DNA of 64,000 nucleotides from Alphaproteobacteria bacterium (GCA_030431375.1 JAUIIY010000002.1:143910-207909); one strand, 5' to 3'. Positions 19,107 to 28,342 are shown, counted from the first letter of the stretch. The notes: generated by a model not told the origin, from the sequence alone. Numbers and translations: made by a program.

Positions 19107-19481
19107 TTAATGATCAGCAAGGGTTTTTAGTAATTCGAGGAATTTTTTCCTTATATCCTTTTTACTAATGCCTGAGTAATTTTTTATTAACAGCATTAGC
19201 TCATATTCAGAGATGTCTGATTTGTCAAAATGCTCTTGTTCATCTTCTAAGGTATTGTCATTCTGTGGGAAAAATTTTTCTATAGGGGTCTTTAGATACT
19301 TAGAAATAGCATATAAATATGTGCCAGATAGCCTGTTAACTCCTTTCTCATATTTTTGCATTTGTTGAAAAGAAATGCTCAACTTATCACCAATTTCTTT
19401 AAGGCTCTTGTTGTTTAGAAGTCTTTTCGTTCGTATTGCATTGCCAATATACTGGTCAATGTTTTTCATTTCTGTAGACAT
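19107..19481 (-). CDS. XRE-family helix-turn-helix transcriptional regulator
   Basis: 124 aa. The HTH core is IRTKRLLNNKSLKEIGDKLSISFQQMQKYEKGVNRLS. The start may instead be the internal Met (MKNIDQ, 19469). Confidence 0.75.
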   Translation of the reverse strand: MSTEMKNIDQYIGNAIRTKRLLNNKSLKEIGDKLSISFQQMQKYEKGVNRLSGTYLYAISKYLKTPIEKFFPQNDNTLEDEQEHFDKSDISEYELMLLIKNYSGISKKDIRKKFLELLKTLADH

Positions 19482-20994
19482 TTAGGCAAATCTTTAAATT
19501 TTTCACATATATTAATATCATAATAATTGTGAAAATCAATAATTGCAAAGAAAGATATTTTTCATGGATTGTTTCTTTATCATCAGATTTTATGTGATTT
19601 AGGTCTAGGTAACCTTGTTCATTCAAGTGGAGCTTTTTTACGATTCGCCCCCTAGAATCAAACATAGCCGAGATTCCAGTGTTTGCAGCGCGAACCAAAG
19701 GTATATTGCTCTCGATAGCCCTAAATTGAGTCATTTGGTAATGTAAATAAGGCCCTTGTGTCTCGCCGTACCAGGCATCATTGGTTAGATTGATCAGTAA
19801 GTTGGGCCTGTTTTGTATTTTATATGAAATTGGAAAGAACGATTCAAAGCAGATAAGAGGCATCATTTTATCTTTATCTAGATTTATAGTTTGCAGTCCT
19901 AAGCCCGGAGTAAAATCAACAGATCCTTCAGTGATTTTTGCTAAAGGTAAAAAGCTTCTAAAAGGAATATATTCACCAAATGGCACTAACCTGCTTTTAT
20001 CATAATAGCTAATTACGTATCCGTTTTTTAAGAAAATACTAGAATTGAAAATATGACGGTAAGTAAATCTAAGTGTGTTAGATATTAGTGTCACATTATA
20101 TGGCAATTGATTCCTAATTTTCTGCACTATTTGGGTTTTAAATAAATTGAGAGGAGTTGGGATTTCAGGCCAGATTATATAGCTTGTTGATATAGGTAAG
20201 TTTGTCGTAGACATATTTAGCAGTAGATCTAAATAAACTTGTTTTTCTTTATTATCCCAAGAATGAAATTTTTGAATGTTTGGCTGTATAATTCTTATGG
20301 TGTTTGGTTGTATTGTATCGCGGTGCTCTAGCCTTTTCACCCCATAAAAATAAAAGCATAAATTAAACATAAAAACGCTAATTATGACGAAATTAGTAGC
20401 TTTGCTTGGTTGATTGGTAACCAAAAATAGTATTCCATAACTTAAAACAATAAATAAACTCATTCCAAATATACCAAAAAGGCTGGCAGTCTGAGCTAAA
20501 TTTATATCGAAGCCATATATATATCCAAAGGCCAGCCAGGGGAAACCAGAAAAAAGGTAGGTTCTGCAGATTTCAAAAACCACCCACATAAAACAAAAAT
20601 TGAAATAGAAATGAATAGGAGATTGTATTTTTAAGCAATGCGTCACATAGCCAAATACTCCATAATAAAGGCCTACAACTAGCGGTATTACAATTATTGC
20701 AATTGGAAATAACCAACCAAAAGATTCGGCGTCAGTTAATAAAGCGTTATTAAACCAGTACAATCCTGCACCTAAAAAACCAAAGCCGTACATCCAACCT
20801 GTCAAAAATGAACGACTTTTTGATGTGCTTTTATATATAGCGTACATTAAGAGTGGAGTTGTAAAAAACGGTATAAGAAAATACTCGTATGGGATAAATG
20901 CAAAAATATTGGCGGTGCCTAGAAGTGGCATGAGAAATAATTGCCATTTTTTAAATTGCTGTGACTGGATGTTTTTTTGGAAAAAACTGTGCAT
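19456..20994 (-). CDS. lnt: Apolipoprotein N-acyltransferase
   Basis: 512 aa. N-terminal multi-TM region plus a CN-hydrolase domain (IIWPE, YDKSRLVPFGEYIP, catalytic Cys in ICFESFFP). Sits downstream of ybeY, as in many proteobacteria. Confidence 0.9.
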   Translation of the reverse strand: MHSFFQKNIQSQQFKKWQLFLMPLLGTANIFAFIPYEYFLIPFFTTPLLMYAIYKSTSKSRSFLTGWMYGFGFLGAGLYWFNNALLTDAESFGWLFPIAIIVIPLVVGLYYGVFGYVTHCLKIQSPIHFYFNFCFMWVVFEICRTYLFSGFPWLAFGYIYGFDINLAQTASLFGIFGMSLFIVLSYGILFLVTNQPSKATNFVIISVFMFNLCFYFYGVKRLEHRDTIQPNTIRIIQPNIQKFHSWDNKEKQVYLDLLLNMSTTNLPISTSYIIWPEIPTPLNLFKTQIVQKIRNQLPYNVTLISNTLRFTYRHIFNSSIFLKNGYVISYYDKSRLVPFGEYIPFRSFLPLAKITEGSVDFTPGLGLQTINLDKDKMMPLICFESFFPISYKIQNRPNLLINLTNDAWYGETQGPYLHYQMTQFRAIESNIPLVRAANTGISAMFDSRGRIVKKLHLNEQGYLDLNHIKSDDKETIHEKYLSLQLLIFTIIMILIYVKNLKICLNVYRNEKH

Positions 20995-21006
20995 ATTTAT
21001 ATCCTC

Positions 21007-21480
21007 CTAATAGGTAGGCGAAATATTATATTCCGATAAAATTAAAAACTCTAATTCCTGCATTATTTTTTCTTCTGAATCTGTTTGGTGATCATAACCT
21101 AATAGGTGAAGAAGGCTGTGTACAAAGAGATGTTTAAGGTGATGATCGAATTTTATATTTCTCTCTGAGGCTTCCTCTTTTATTTTGTCATAAGAAAAAA
21201 GGATATCTCCTAAAAATTCTACAGGCTTCCTCTTGCTGCTCCAATCGACATATTCAAAGGATAAAACATTGGTGTCAGTATCTTTTTGGCGATATTTATT
21301 ATTTATCTCTTTAACTTCAGCTGTATTAGTAAAATTAATATCAATCTCCCAGCCATGATCTAATAATCGTTTATCTACTGCTCTAAAACATGTTTTTGTT
21401 ATATCTACTAGCGTTTCACATGAAACTTTTGGCCAGCGCTTATCATTATATATTTGATTAATGTTGATTTTATTATTCAC
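21007..21480 (-). CDS. ybeY: rRNA maturation endoribonuclease YbeY
   Basis: 157 aa with the zinc motif HSLLHLLGYDH. Confidence 0.92.
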   Translation of the reverse strand: MNNKININQIYNDKRWPKVSCETLVDITKTCFRAVDKRLLDHGWEIDINFTNTAEVKEINNKYRQKDTDTNVLSFEYVDWSSKRKPVEFLGDILFSYDKIKEEASERNIKFDHHLKHLFVHSLLHLLGYDHQTDSEEKIMQELEFLILSEYNISPTY

Positions 21481-21539
21481 TTTTAATTACAAATTTAATA
21501 AACTTTTTAATTAGATGTTATAACATACATAAAAACTAT

Positions 21540-21932
21540 ATGAAAATAGCTATTACAATTGCTGCTATATTGGTTTTTCTTTTTGCATTTTTTCTGTATC
21601 GCAAAAAAAAGAAAGATAGTGAGGGCAATAAACCGGAAAATCAAGCAAATATAATTGTTCCTAGGAATAGGAAAATTAATTTTAAAATGATGACATATCA
21701 AGAGGCTTTGGAGGCTTCTAAACAGTTTATATATAATATTACCAAAGCTGTTATGCAGAGATTTACCCCTGATTCGCAAGAGACTTTGCTCGAGTTAGGT
21801 AAAAAACTTGTAAAGAATGGTGTTACATATTTGCACGTGGTTGATGTAGCCGCGTTATCGGCTGAGAAGGAAAAACAACTTTCTCATTTGCAGCAGCAGC
21901 GAGATAGTAGTAAAACTCAACAAAGAAGTTAA
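21540..21932 (+). CDS. Hypothetical protein with N-terminal TM anchor
   Basis: 130 aa. A hydrophobic N-terminus (IAITIAAILVFLFAFFLY) is followed by a Lys-rich stop-transfer. Co-oriented with, and 12 nt upstream of, the next + strand ORF. Preferred over the antisense ORF 21507..21779. Confidence 0.45.
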   Translation: MKIAITIAAILVFLFAFFLYRKKKKDSEGNKPENQANIIVPRNRKINFKMMTYQEALEASKQFIYNITKAVMQRFTPDSQETLLELGKKLVKNGVTYLHVVDVAALSAEKEKQLSHLQQQRDSSKTQQRS

Positions 21933-21944
21933 GAGTTTTTTATT

Positions 21945-22541
21945 ATGAAGAATAGTGATGCTGTAAAGCTACTAAGTTGGGTTATAATTTTTGGCCTATT
22001 TTTATGGATGTATGACCAATCATCTAAAGTCTTTTCTTCTTCGGTCAATAACCTGTTTGAGCTAAATTTTACTGTTTTGGCCGTTATGAACGTCATTTTC
22101 TGGCTAATAGGTTTTTTTGGTCTTATAGCTTTTAGTCAGGTGCAAAGCAAGGCAGGAAGAATCATTTTTTGGGCTATGTTTGCCCTAGTTTATACAATTA
22201 ATTTTTTGTATAACTTTCACGATCAAAGTCTCTTATCACAAGCAAACTCTGGTGATCTTGTATCCTTATTTACAATGAAAAATGATATAGCTAATATTAG
22301 TTACATCAAATATTTTGGTTCAGTATCATTCGTTCTAGCTTTTGCATATTTCACCAAACCTTTGGGAATAAACTTACACAAATATTTTATTGTAGGATTA
22401 TTGATTTCTGCGGTAGCGATTATTGCTCTATTTAGCAATTTGGAAACTGTGCCAATGCAAAAAATATTTATTCTTCCACTGATAGTGTCATATTGTTTCT
22501 TATTAAAAGTTGTGGCGTTCGCTAAAGCTAATATTTTTTAG
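21945..22541 (+). CDS. Hypothetical polytopic membrane protein
   Basis: 198 aa with about 5-6 hydrophobic helices. No motif I recognise. Confidence 0.5.
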   Translation: MKNSDAVKLLSWVIIFGLFLWMYDQSSKVFSSSVNNLFELNFTVLAVMNVIFWLIGFFGLIAFSQVQSKAGRIIFWAMFALVYTINFLYNFHDQSLLSQANSGDLVSLFTMKNDIANISYIKYFGSVSFVLAFAYFTKPLGINLHKYFIVGLLISAVAIIALFSNLETVPMQKIFILPLIVSYCFLLKVVAFAKANIF

Positions 22542-23913
22542 GTTTAATTAGCTTATTTGCAATAATAAAGCTAATTAAGTTGGCAGATATGCCGGCTATT
22601 ACGGCATCTAGGGACCCTTCTGCCAGCTCACTATCAATGAAAAAGATTTTCCATGATATTAATGCTATGAACGCGCATATCACAGATATAAAAAAGCTCT
22701 TAGGAGATGATTTAACTCGGTAAATTGAAGCAAATAATGGTACCAAAATAAAAGGTGTCCAAAATTGGTATGAATATAATAACAAATCAAGAATACTGGT
22801 TGATGAAAGAGCAAAAATTGTTGCTAAACAACCTATCAAGAAAGAAATGATTCTAGATTGAGTTAAATCTTTCTTTTCATCTGTCGGCTTACCAAAAATT
22901 GGTTCAAAAATATCTTTTTTAACTGCCATGGAGGTTGCGTTCATAAAAGCATCTGCCGATGACATAATAATCGCAAGCATTGCAGCAATACCAAAACCTC
23001 TAGCTCCTGAAGGCAGAAACGTTTCTATTGCAAATGGCAGTGCAAATCTTGGCTCTAGTAAAGGATTTAATGAAAATGAAACGATACCGAGAATACCAAT
23101 CATAGAAAAAATAAAAATAGAACTAACACCGCTATAAAAGGTGCCTTTTTTGGTTTCATGTTCACTTTTTCCAATCAGAAGCCTTTGTACATATGGTGGA
23201 ACAAGAGTTTCGCCAAAAAAGAAGCTTAAGAATAACACTCCTAAAGCATAGTAGTTTTGATTTCCTATGGGCGAAAAGTAATATTCCGGTGTTGTATTTA
23301 CTAGGTTGCTTATTCCTCCGGTATCCACCATTGCAATAATAAAAACAGTAACGATAACTGATAGTAACACAAGAAAATGTACAACATTAGCTTTGACCAC
23401 TGACTTTAAACCACCGAAAGAAACATACGAAATGATGATAAGGGCCGTAGCAATTACCCCTATAGTTGAAGGTATTTGTAGAAAACTCTCAAATATATTA
23501 CCACAAGTGGCCAATTGTGCTCCTATCACTCCACCGCAGACAAGTACTGATGCAAAGCCTGTAAAGATTTTTGCGTGTTTCCCAAAGCTGTTGGCTATTA
23601 TATCTCCTGCTGTTGCACAATTTTTCTGAAAATATTTCATATGGGGAGCTATGTATATAGCTATTAATATTTCTTTCAAGCTAAAGCCCAATATGGCAAT
23701 AACAAAAATAAAACCAAATTTAAATGTTTTCTCAGCCAATCCCATTGTGAAGCCGCCACCCACATATGAAGCAGTCAATGTGCAGAAAATAATGAAAGCA
23801 CTATAGGAGCTGCCTTTTGCAAACTCATCAGCATTTTTAACTGATGCTGAGTTATAAACACCGAAAGCAAGGACAAAAACTAAATAAATTACTACTACAG
23901 TAAGATCTAACAT
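22528..23913 (-). CDS. Sodium:solute symporter family transporter
   Basis: 461 aa with about 12-13 TM helices. Clear paralog of the N-terminal half of 10332..13025 (compare SFGGLKSV with SALGGMKSV, and SSADAFMNA with STADSNLNT). Confidence 0.85.
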   Translation of the reverse strand: MLDLTVVVIYLVFVLAFGVYNSASVKNADEFAKGSSYSAFIIFCTLTASYVGGGFTMGLAEKTFKFGFIFVIAILGFSLKEILIAIYIAPHMKYFQKNCATAGDIIANSFGKHAKIFTGFASVLVCGGVIGAQLATCGNIFESFLQIPSTIGVIATALIIISYVSFGGLKSVVKANVVHFLVLLSVIVTVFIIAMVDTGGISNLVNTTPEYYFSPIGNQNYYALGVLFLSFFFGETLVPPYVQRLLIGKSEHETKKGTFYSGVSSIFIFSMIGILGIVSFSLNPLLEPRFALPFAIETFLPSGARGFGIAAMLAIIMSSADAFMNATSMAVKKDIFEPIFGKPTDEKKDLTQSRIISFLIGCLATIFALSSTSILDLLLYSYQFWTPFILVPLFASIYRVKSSPKSFFISVICAFIALISWKIFFIDSELAEGSLDAVIAGISANLISFIIANKLIKPKKY

Positions 23914-23932
23914 TCAGACACCTCCAAAATTT

Positions 23933-24325
23933 TTATACTATGAAATTTAGTGCTGCTTTGGCTAAACTATAAGTCTCAGAAGAAGATGGGTAGGTCCTCT
24001 GGAAAGGAGCCGTTGATATACAATTCAACATGTCATGTAGATTTAATATTTTTTGGAAGCAGTTATTTGCAATATATATTACGGTGTTCAGGGTGGATTG
24101 AACCAAGCCTTGCAACGCAGCAATGATCCCAGCGTTATCTAATGCTTCGTACAATTTATATACTACATAAACAGCTGGAGGGATCATCAACATGTACCAT
24201 TTGCCAATGACGTTTATAATTGCAAGGAAGTAAAATTTCACTGATCTACCAGCAAAAACGCTTTCTAGAGCGCCCAGGAAGAATTTCTTGAAATACTCCC
24301 ACCATAGCCAAAATTTTAGAAACAT
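23933..24325 (-). CDS. Hypothetical membrane-associated protein
   Basis: 130 aa with one or two hydrophobic segments. Lies between ccmB and the symporter on the same strand, with short gaps. Confidence 0.45.
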   Translation of the reverse strand: MFLKFWLWWEYFKKFFLGALESVFAGRSVKFYFLAIINVIGKWYMLMIPPAVYVVYKLYEALDNAGIIAALQGLVQSTLNTVIYIANNCFQKILNLHDMLNCISTAPFQRTYPSSSETYSLAKAALNFIV

Positions 24326-24352
24326 AATATTACGTAAGATTTAATAAGAAAA

Positions 24353-24985
24353 TTATATTCTAGATATTAGCTTCCCACAAGACCAAACGCATAGGGGGGT
24401 AATTATTAGCAAAATAGCGAAGATAATTAGTAATTCATGAGGCATATTATCAACAGATGTGTAAAGCAGAATACTTGCGTTATATAAGACAAAGCCCAGC
24501 ATGAGAGGGAAAGAAATTATAAAACCAACAATTTCTGAGTTTTTGATGTTACATGTTATGAGAGAAGAAAAAATAATAATTTCCGATATACCAAAGCATA
24601 ATAATGTAAAAATTAGAATCTCATAAAGATTCAGTATGGTTTCTGTATCTATAATTTGCTTTATTAATATGCCAGATAAAGCGCAAAAAACTAATATTAA
24701 AAATGACGGTATTATTTTAGAAATGACAATTAGGTCAGTTGAAATACCAGCAAGTAATATTTGTTGTGAGATTGAATTATCGTAGGTTCTTTTTACCGTG
24801 TACCTTAGTATAAGGGAAGAAGAGAGCATAAGAGATATAATGATGTTTAGATTTAGACTCTCTGTGTAGAAATAATTTAACAAAAAATTTATTATTAAAA
24901 ACAAAGCAAAACTCTCAAAGATATATGAATTTGCGGCAAAAATTGACCTTATTTCATATCCAACAAGTAGAAGAAATTTTCTCAT
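24353..24985 (-). CDS. ccmB: Heme exporter protein B (cytochrome c maturation), divergent
   Basis: 210 aa with about 6 TM helices. Its start overlaps the ccmA stop by 4 nt. The call rests mostly on size, topology and position. Confidence 0.6.
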   Translation of the reverse strand: MRKFLLLVGYEIRSIFAANSYIFESFALFLIINFLLNYFYTESLNLNIIISLMLSSSLILRYTVKRTYDNSISQQILLAGISTDLIVISKIIPSFLILVFCALSGILIKQIIDTETILNLYEILIFTLLCFGISEIIIFSSLITCNIKNSEIVGFIISFPLMLGFVLYNASILLYTSVDNMPHELLIIFAILLIITPLCVWSCGKLISRI

Positions 24986-25593
24986 TTTTTAAAATCCTCA
25001 ATATCTAGGAAATTAGCAAAACCGAGATCAGTCTCGTTATGTGTAGTCATGATAACTACCCCACCTTCTTTAACGCGTACTTTAATTAAATCTATCAATA
25101 TTTTTCTAAACTTCTGATCTAAACTCACATCCGGTTCGTCAAGGAGCCATAAATTTGTTCTAAATAAAAGTAATTTACTAAGTTCTACTCTCCTTTTTTG
25201 TCCACAAGATAGATCGCCTACATTTTCATCGAGAAGATTTTCTAACTTGAAAAATCGGATAGCGGGTAAAAATAACTCTTTTTCGCCTCTCAGCTGGCAC
25301 CAAAAATGTAAATTATCAAAAACTGAGAGATTGTCATCAAGTGCATTTTGCGATGCTATAAAGCATAAATTTTGCCGGAATAATTCAATGCCTTCTTTTG
25401 TACTAACGCCATTCCATAGGACGTCTCCACTTGCTAGGGGTAATAATGTTGCTACGGATTTAAGAAAAGAGGTTTTCCCGCTGCCATTTGGTCCTCTTAC
25501 TAAAATCAAACTCCCAGTAATAGCTGTGAATGATAATTTGTTGAAAATTATCTTATTATTTATTTCCAAACATAAATCGTTACAGCTTAGCAT
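24982..25593 (-). CDS. ccmA: Heme ABC exporter ATP-binding protein CcmA
   Basis: 203 aa. Walker A GPNGSGKTS, signature LSCGQKRRVEL, Walker B LWLLDEP. Short single-domain size typical of CcmA. Confidence 0.75.
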   Translation of the reverse strand: MLSCNDLCLEINNKIIFNKLSFTAITGSLILVRGPNGSGKTSFLKSVATLLPLASGDVLWNGVSTKEGIELFRQNLCFIASQNALDDNLSVFDNLHFWCQLRGEKELFLPAIRFFKLENLLDENVGDLSCGQKRRVELSKLLLFRTNLWLLDEPDVSLDQKFRKILIDLIKVRVKEGGVVIMTTHNETDLGFANFLDIEDFKK

Positions 25594-25609
25594 TATTTTT
25601 TTGGTTTAA

Positions 25610-25638
25610 TTGACAATAATTCGCACATTAAATATAAA
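25610..25638 (+). promoter_or_regulatory. Near-consensus sigma70-type promoter for acnA (TTGACA-N17-TATAAA)
   Basis: TTGACA at 25610..25615, an exact 17-nt spacer, and TATAAA at 25633..25638, about 60 nt upstream of the acnA ATG. Sequence match only. Confidence 0.45.
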
Positions 25639-25697
25639 CATTTATGAGTCAAAAACACAATTTATATTGCTAACAAATAATTGCTGGAGTGGTAGAA

Positions 25698-28331
25698 ATG
25701 TCTTCTCTGAAAGAAGTTGCCAAACAAACTTTATCCGTACAAGGTACCAAATACGAGTATTACTCACTTTCTGCTGTAGCAGATCAGCTGGGGATAGACC
25801 TGAAGAAACTTCCTAATAGTATTAAAATATTATTTGAAAATCTTATTCGTAATATTGATGGAAAAACTGTTTGTGATGAAGATATTCATTCTATCAAAGA
25901 TTGGCTAAAAGAGAGAAGCTCCGATAATGAAATAGCATACAGACCAGCTAGGGTTTTGATGCAAGATTTTACAGGTGTACCTGCGGTTGTAGATTTGGCT
26001 GCTATGCGAGATGCAGTTCAAACTCTTGGAGGAGATTCAAAGAGAATTAACCCTCTAACAAGAGTAGATTTAGTTATAGATCACTCACTCCAAGTAGATA
26101 AATATGCTTCTGCTGACTCATTTAAGAAAAATGTTGAGCTGGAATATGAGAGAAATAAGGAAAGATATAAATTTCTGAAATGGGGGCAGCAGGCATTTCA
26201 AAATTTTAGAGTTGTTCCTCCAGGTACAGGTATTTGTCACCAGGTAAATTTAGAGCACTTATCGAAGGTTGTCTTAATTAATAATGATAACGTTGTTTAT
26301 CCGGATACTTTGGTGGGCACAGATAGCCATACTACTATGGTTAATGGTTTATCAGTTCTTGCATGGGGTGTTGGCGGAATAGAAGCCGAAGCGGCGATGT
26401 TAGGACAACCAATTTCAATGGTTCTTCCTGAGGTAGTTGGTTTCGAGCTCACAGGGAAGTTAAAAGAAGGAATCACAGCTACAGATTTGGTGTTAACCAT
26501 TACACAGATTTTGCGCAAAGAAGGAGTGGTTGGAAAATTTGTTGAGTTTTTTGGTGAAGGTTTAAAATATTTGAGTTTGGCTGATAGAGCGACTATTGCT
26601 AATATGGCTCCTGAGTATGGTGCTACTTGTGGTTTCTTCCCAATTGATGATGAGACCTTAAGTTATTTAGAGATTACTGGAAAATCTGCGCATGAGGTAG
26701 AGTTAGTAAGGCAATATGCAAAAGAGCAAACTTTATGGAATAGCCAAGAGAATGCTCCTAATTTCACAAAACAAGTCTATCTTGATGTTTCAACAGTAGA
26801 GCCGTGTCTTGCTGGTCCTAAGCGCCCTCAGGACAGAATATTGCTGAAAAATGTGAAGGAATCTTTTGCTAAAGAGATTGCCAATATTGGTGGTAATTTG
26901 TCAGGAAAAGAGAGCGAATTAGGTCATGGTGACCTAGTGATTGCAGCAATAACGAGTTGTACTAATACTTCAAATCCTAACGTTATGCTGGCAGCGGGCC
27001 TTCTTGCCAAAAAGGCTGTTGAGCTAGGTGTAGTAGTCAAGCCTTGGGTCAAAACCTCTTTGGCTCCGGGCTCAAAAGTTGTTACTGAATATCTAGAAAA
27101 ATCTGGCTTGCAGAAATATCTGGACCAAATAGGTTTTAATGTGGTTGGTTATGGCTGTACAACTTGTATTGGTAATTCAGGTCCTTTATTGCCTGAGATT
27201 GAAAAATCAATCAAAGAAAATGACTTATTAGTAGGCTCAGTTTTATCAGGCAATAGGAATTTTGAAGGTAGAGTACATCCTTTAGTCAAGGCTAATTATT
27301 TGGCTTCTCCTCCATTAGTTGTAGCTTATGCTATTGCTGGGTCTGTTAAAGTGGATTTATCAAGTGAGCCAATTGCTCAAGATAAAAATGGTAACGATGT
27401 TTTCTTAAAAGACTTGTGGCCATCTAACTCTGAAATTAGAGATGTGGTGAGTAAGTGCGTAACTCGCGAAATGTTTGAGAAAAAATATGCAGATGTTTTT
27501 GAAGGTGACCAATATTGGAAGGAAATAACGGTTGAAGCTTCTGACAGGTATAATTGGGATAATAGTAGTTACATAAATAATCCGCCATATTTTGTAGGAA
27601 TGCAAAGACAGGCTGGAAAGTTAAAAGATGTTATTGGTGCTCAGAGCTTGGTGAAGCTAGCAGATAGTGTTACCACAGATCATATTTCTCCTGCAGGTAC
27701 TATTTCAGCCAACAGTCCAGCGGCAAGATACTTAGAGTCACTTGGCATCAACCAAAAAGACTTTAACTCATATGGGGCAAGAAGGGGGAACCATGAAGTC
27801 ATGGTTAGAGGAACATTTGCAAATGTAAGAATTAGAAACGAGCTTGCTCCAGGTACCGAAGGTGGTTTCACGACCTTATTTCCGGAGAATAAAGTTATGT
27901 CTATATATGATGCTGCAATTGAATACGAAAAAAGAGAAACTCCCCTTATTGTGATAGCAGGTAAGGAATATGGAACAGGATCATCTCGTGATTGGGCTGC
28001 AAAAGGTACCAAATTGTTGGGTGTGAAAGCGGTTATTGTTGAAAGTTTTGAAAGAATTCACCGTTCAAACTTAATCGGAATGGGTATTGTACCTCTTACA
28101 TTCACAAATTCGCAGACCAGGCACGATCTTAATTTAAAAGGTGGTGAGTCTTTTGATATTATTGGTATAGAGAATAACCTATCCCCTAAAGCAAAAATTT
28201 CCTTGCTAGTTAACTACACAGATGGAAGTAAGGCAGAGTTTGAGCTAGAGCTAGCTGTTTATACAGCCAATGAAATAAGTTATCTTGAGAATGGTGGTAT
28301 TTTAAACTATGTGCTTAGAACGCTTGTCTAA
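25698..28331 (+). CDS. acnA: Aconitate hydratase A
   Basis: Fe-S ligand motifs DSHTTM, CTNTSNP and GCTTCIGNSGP, plus NRNFEGR. I prefer the ATG at 25698 (MSSLKEV, GGAG 9 nt upstream) to the track's GTG at 25689. Confidence 0.96.
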   Translation: MSSLKEVAKQTLSVQGTKYEYYSLSAVADQLGIDLKKLPNSIKILFENLIRNIDGKTVCDEDIHSIKDWLKERSSDNEIAYRPARVLMQDFTGVPAVVDLAAMRDAVQTLGGDSKRINPLTRVDLVIDHSLQVDKYASADSFKKNVELEYERNKERYKFLKWGQQAFQNFRVVPPGTGICHQVNLEHLSKVVLINNDNVVYPDTLVGTDSHTTMVNGLSVLAWGVGGIEAEAAMLGQPISMVLPEVVGFELTGKLKEGITATDLVLTITQILRKEGVVGKFVEFFGEGLKYLSLADRATIANMAPEYGATCGFFPIDDETLSYLEITGKSAHEVELVRQYAKEQTLWNSQENAPNFTKQVYLDVSTVEPCLAGPKRPQDRILLKNVKESFAKEIANIGGNLSGKESELGHGDLVIAAITSCTNTSNPNVMLAAGLLAKKAVELGVVVKPWVKTSLAPGSKVVTEYLEKSGLQKYLDQIGFNVVGYGCTTCIGNSGPLLPEIEKSIKENDLLVGSVLSGNRNFEGRVHPLVKANYLASPPLVVAYAIAGSVKVDLSSEPIAQDKNGNDVFLKDLWPSNSEIRDVVSKCVTREMFEKKYADVFEGDQYWKEITVEASDRYNWDNSSYINNPPYFVGMQRQAGKLKDVIGAQSLVKLADSVTTDHISPAGTISANSPAARYLESLGINQKDFNSYGARRGNHEVMVRGTFANVRIRNELAPGTEGGFTTLFPENKVMSIYDAAIEYEKRETPLIVIAGKEYGTGSSRDWAAKGTKLLGVKAVIVESFERIHRSNLIGMGIVPLTFTNSQTRHDLNLKGGESFDIIGIENNLSPKAKISLLVNYTDGSKAEFELELAVYTANEISYLENGGILNYVLRTLV

Positions 28332-28342
28332 GCACAAAATTA

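Noticed and set aside
21481-21539. Possible CtrA boxes (TTAA-N7-TTAA) in the ybeY/orphan divergent region.
   Set aside because: The TTAA pairs present (for example TTAATTACAAATTTAA) are spaced by 8 nt and not 7. TTAA is also very frequent in this AT-rich DNA.
13026-21540. The idea that 13.2-19 kb (or up to 21.5 kb) is a genomic island integrated at tRNA-Ala.
   Set aside because: I found no integrase, transposase or phage gene. I also found no convincing direct repeat of the tRNA 3' end (..CATCTCCACCA) at a distal boundary. The closest match by eye is a short ATCCACCA inside a symporter gene. By eye the composition does not differ from the rest of the window. A proper k-mer or GC analysis and a comparison with relatives would be needed.
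21507-21779. A 90-aa minus-strand ORF overlapping the 130-aa + strand ORF.
   Set aside because: The + strand ORF has a plausible TM anchor, is longer, and is contiguous with the next + strand gene. The minus ORF would sit between ybeY and nothing. Neither has homology support, so confidence in the + ORF is itself only moderate.
25610-25816. A 68-aa ORF in the ccmA-acnA divergent region that runs into acnA.
   Set aside because: It is out of frame with acnA, whose N-terminus is conserved. It also starts at the predicted -35 element, and its composition is not protein-like.
28332-28342. An expectation of a bidirectional terminator between convergent acnA and dnaJ.
   Set aside because: Only 11 nt separate the two stop codons, and no stem-loop can be drawn.
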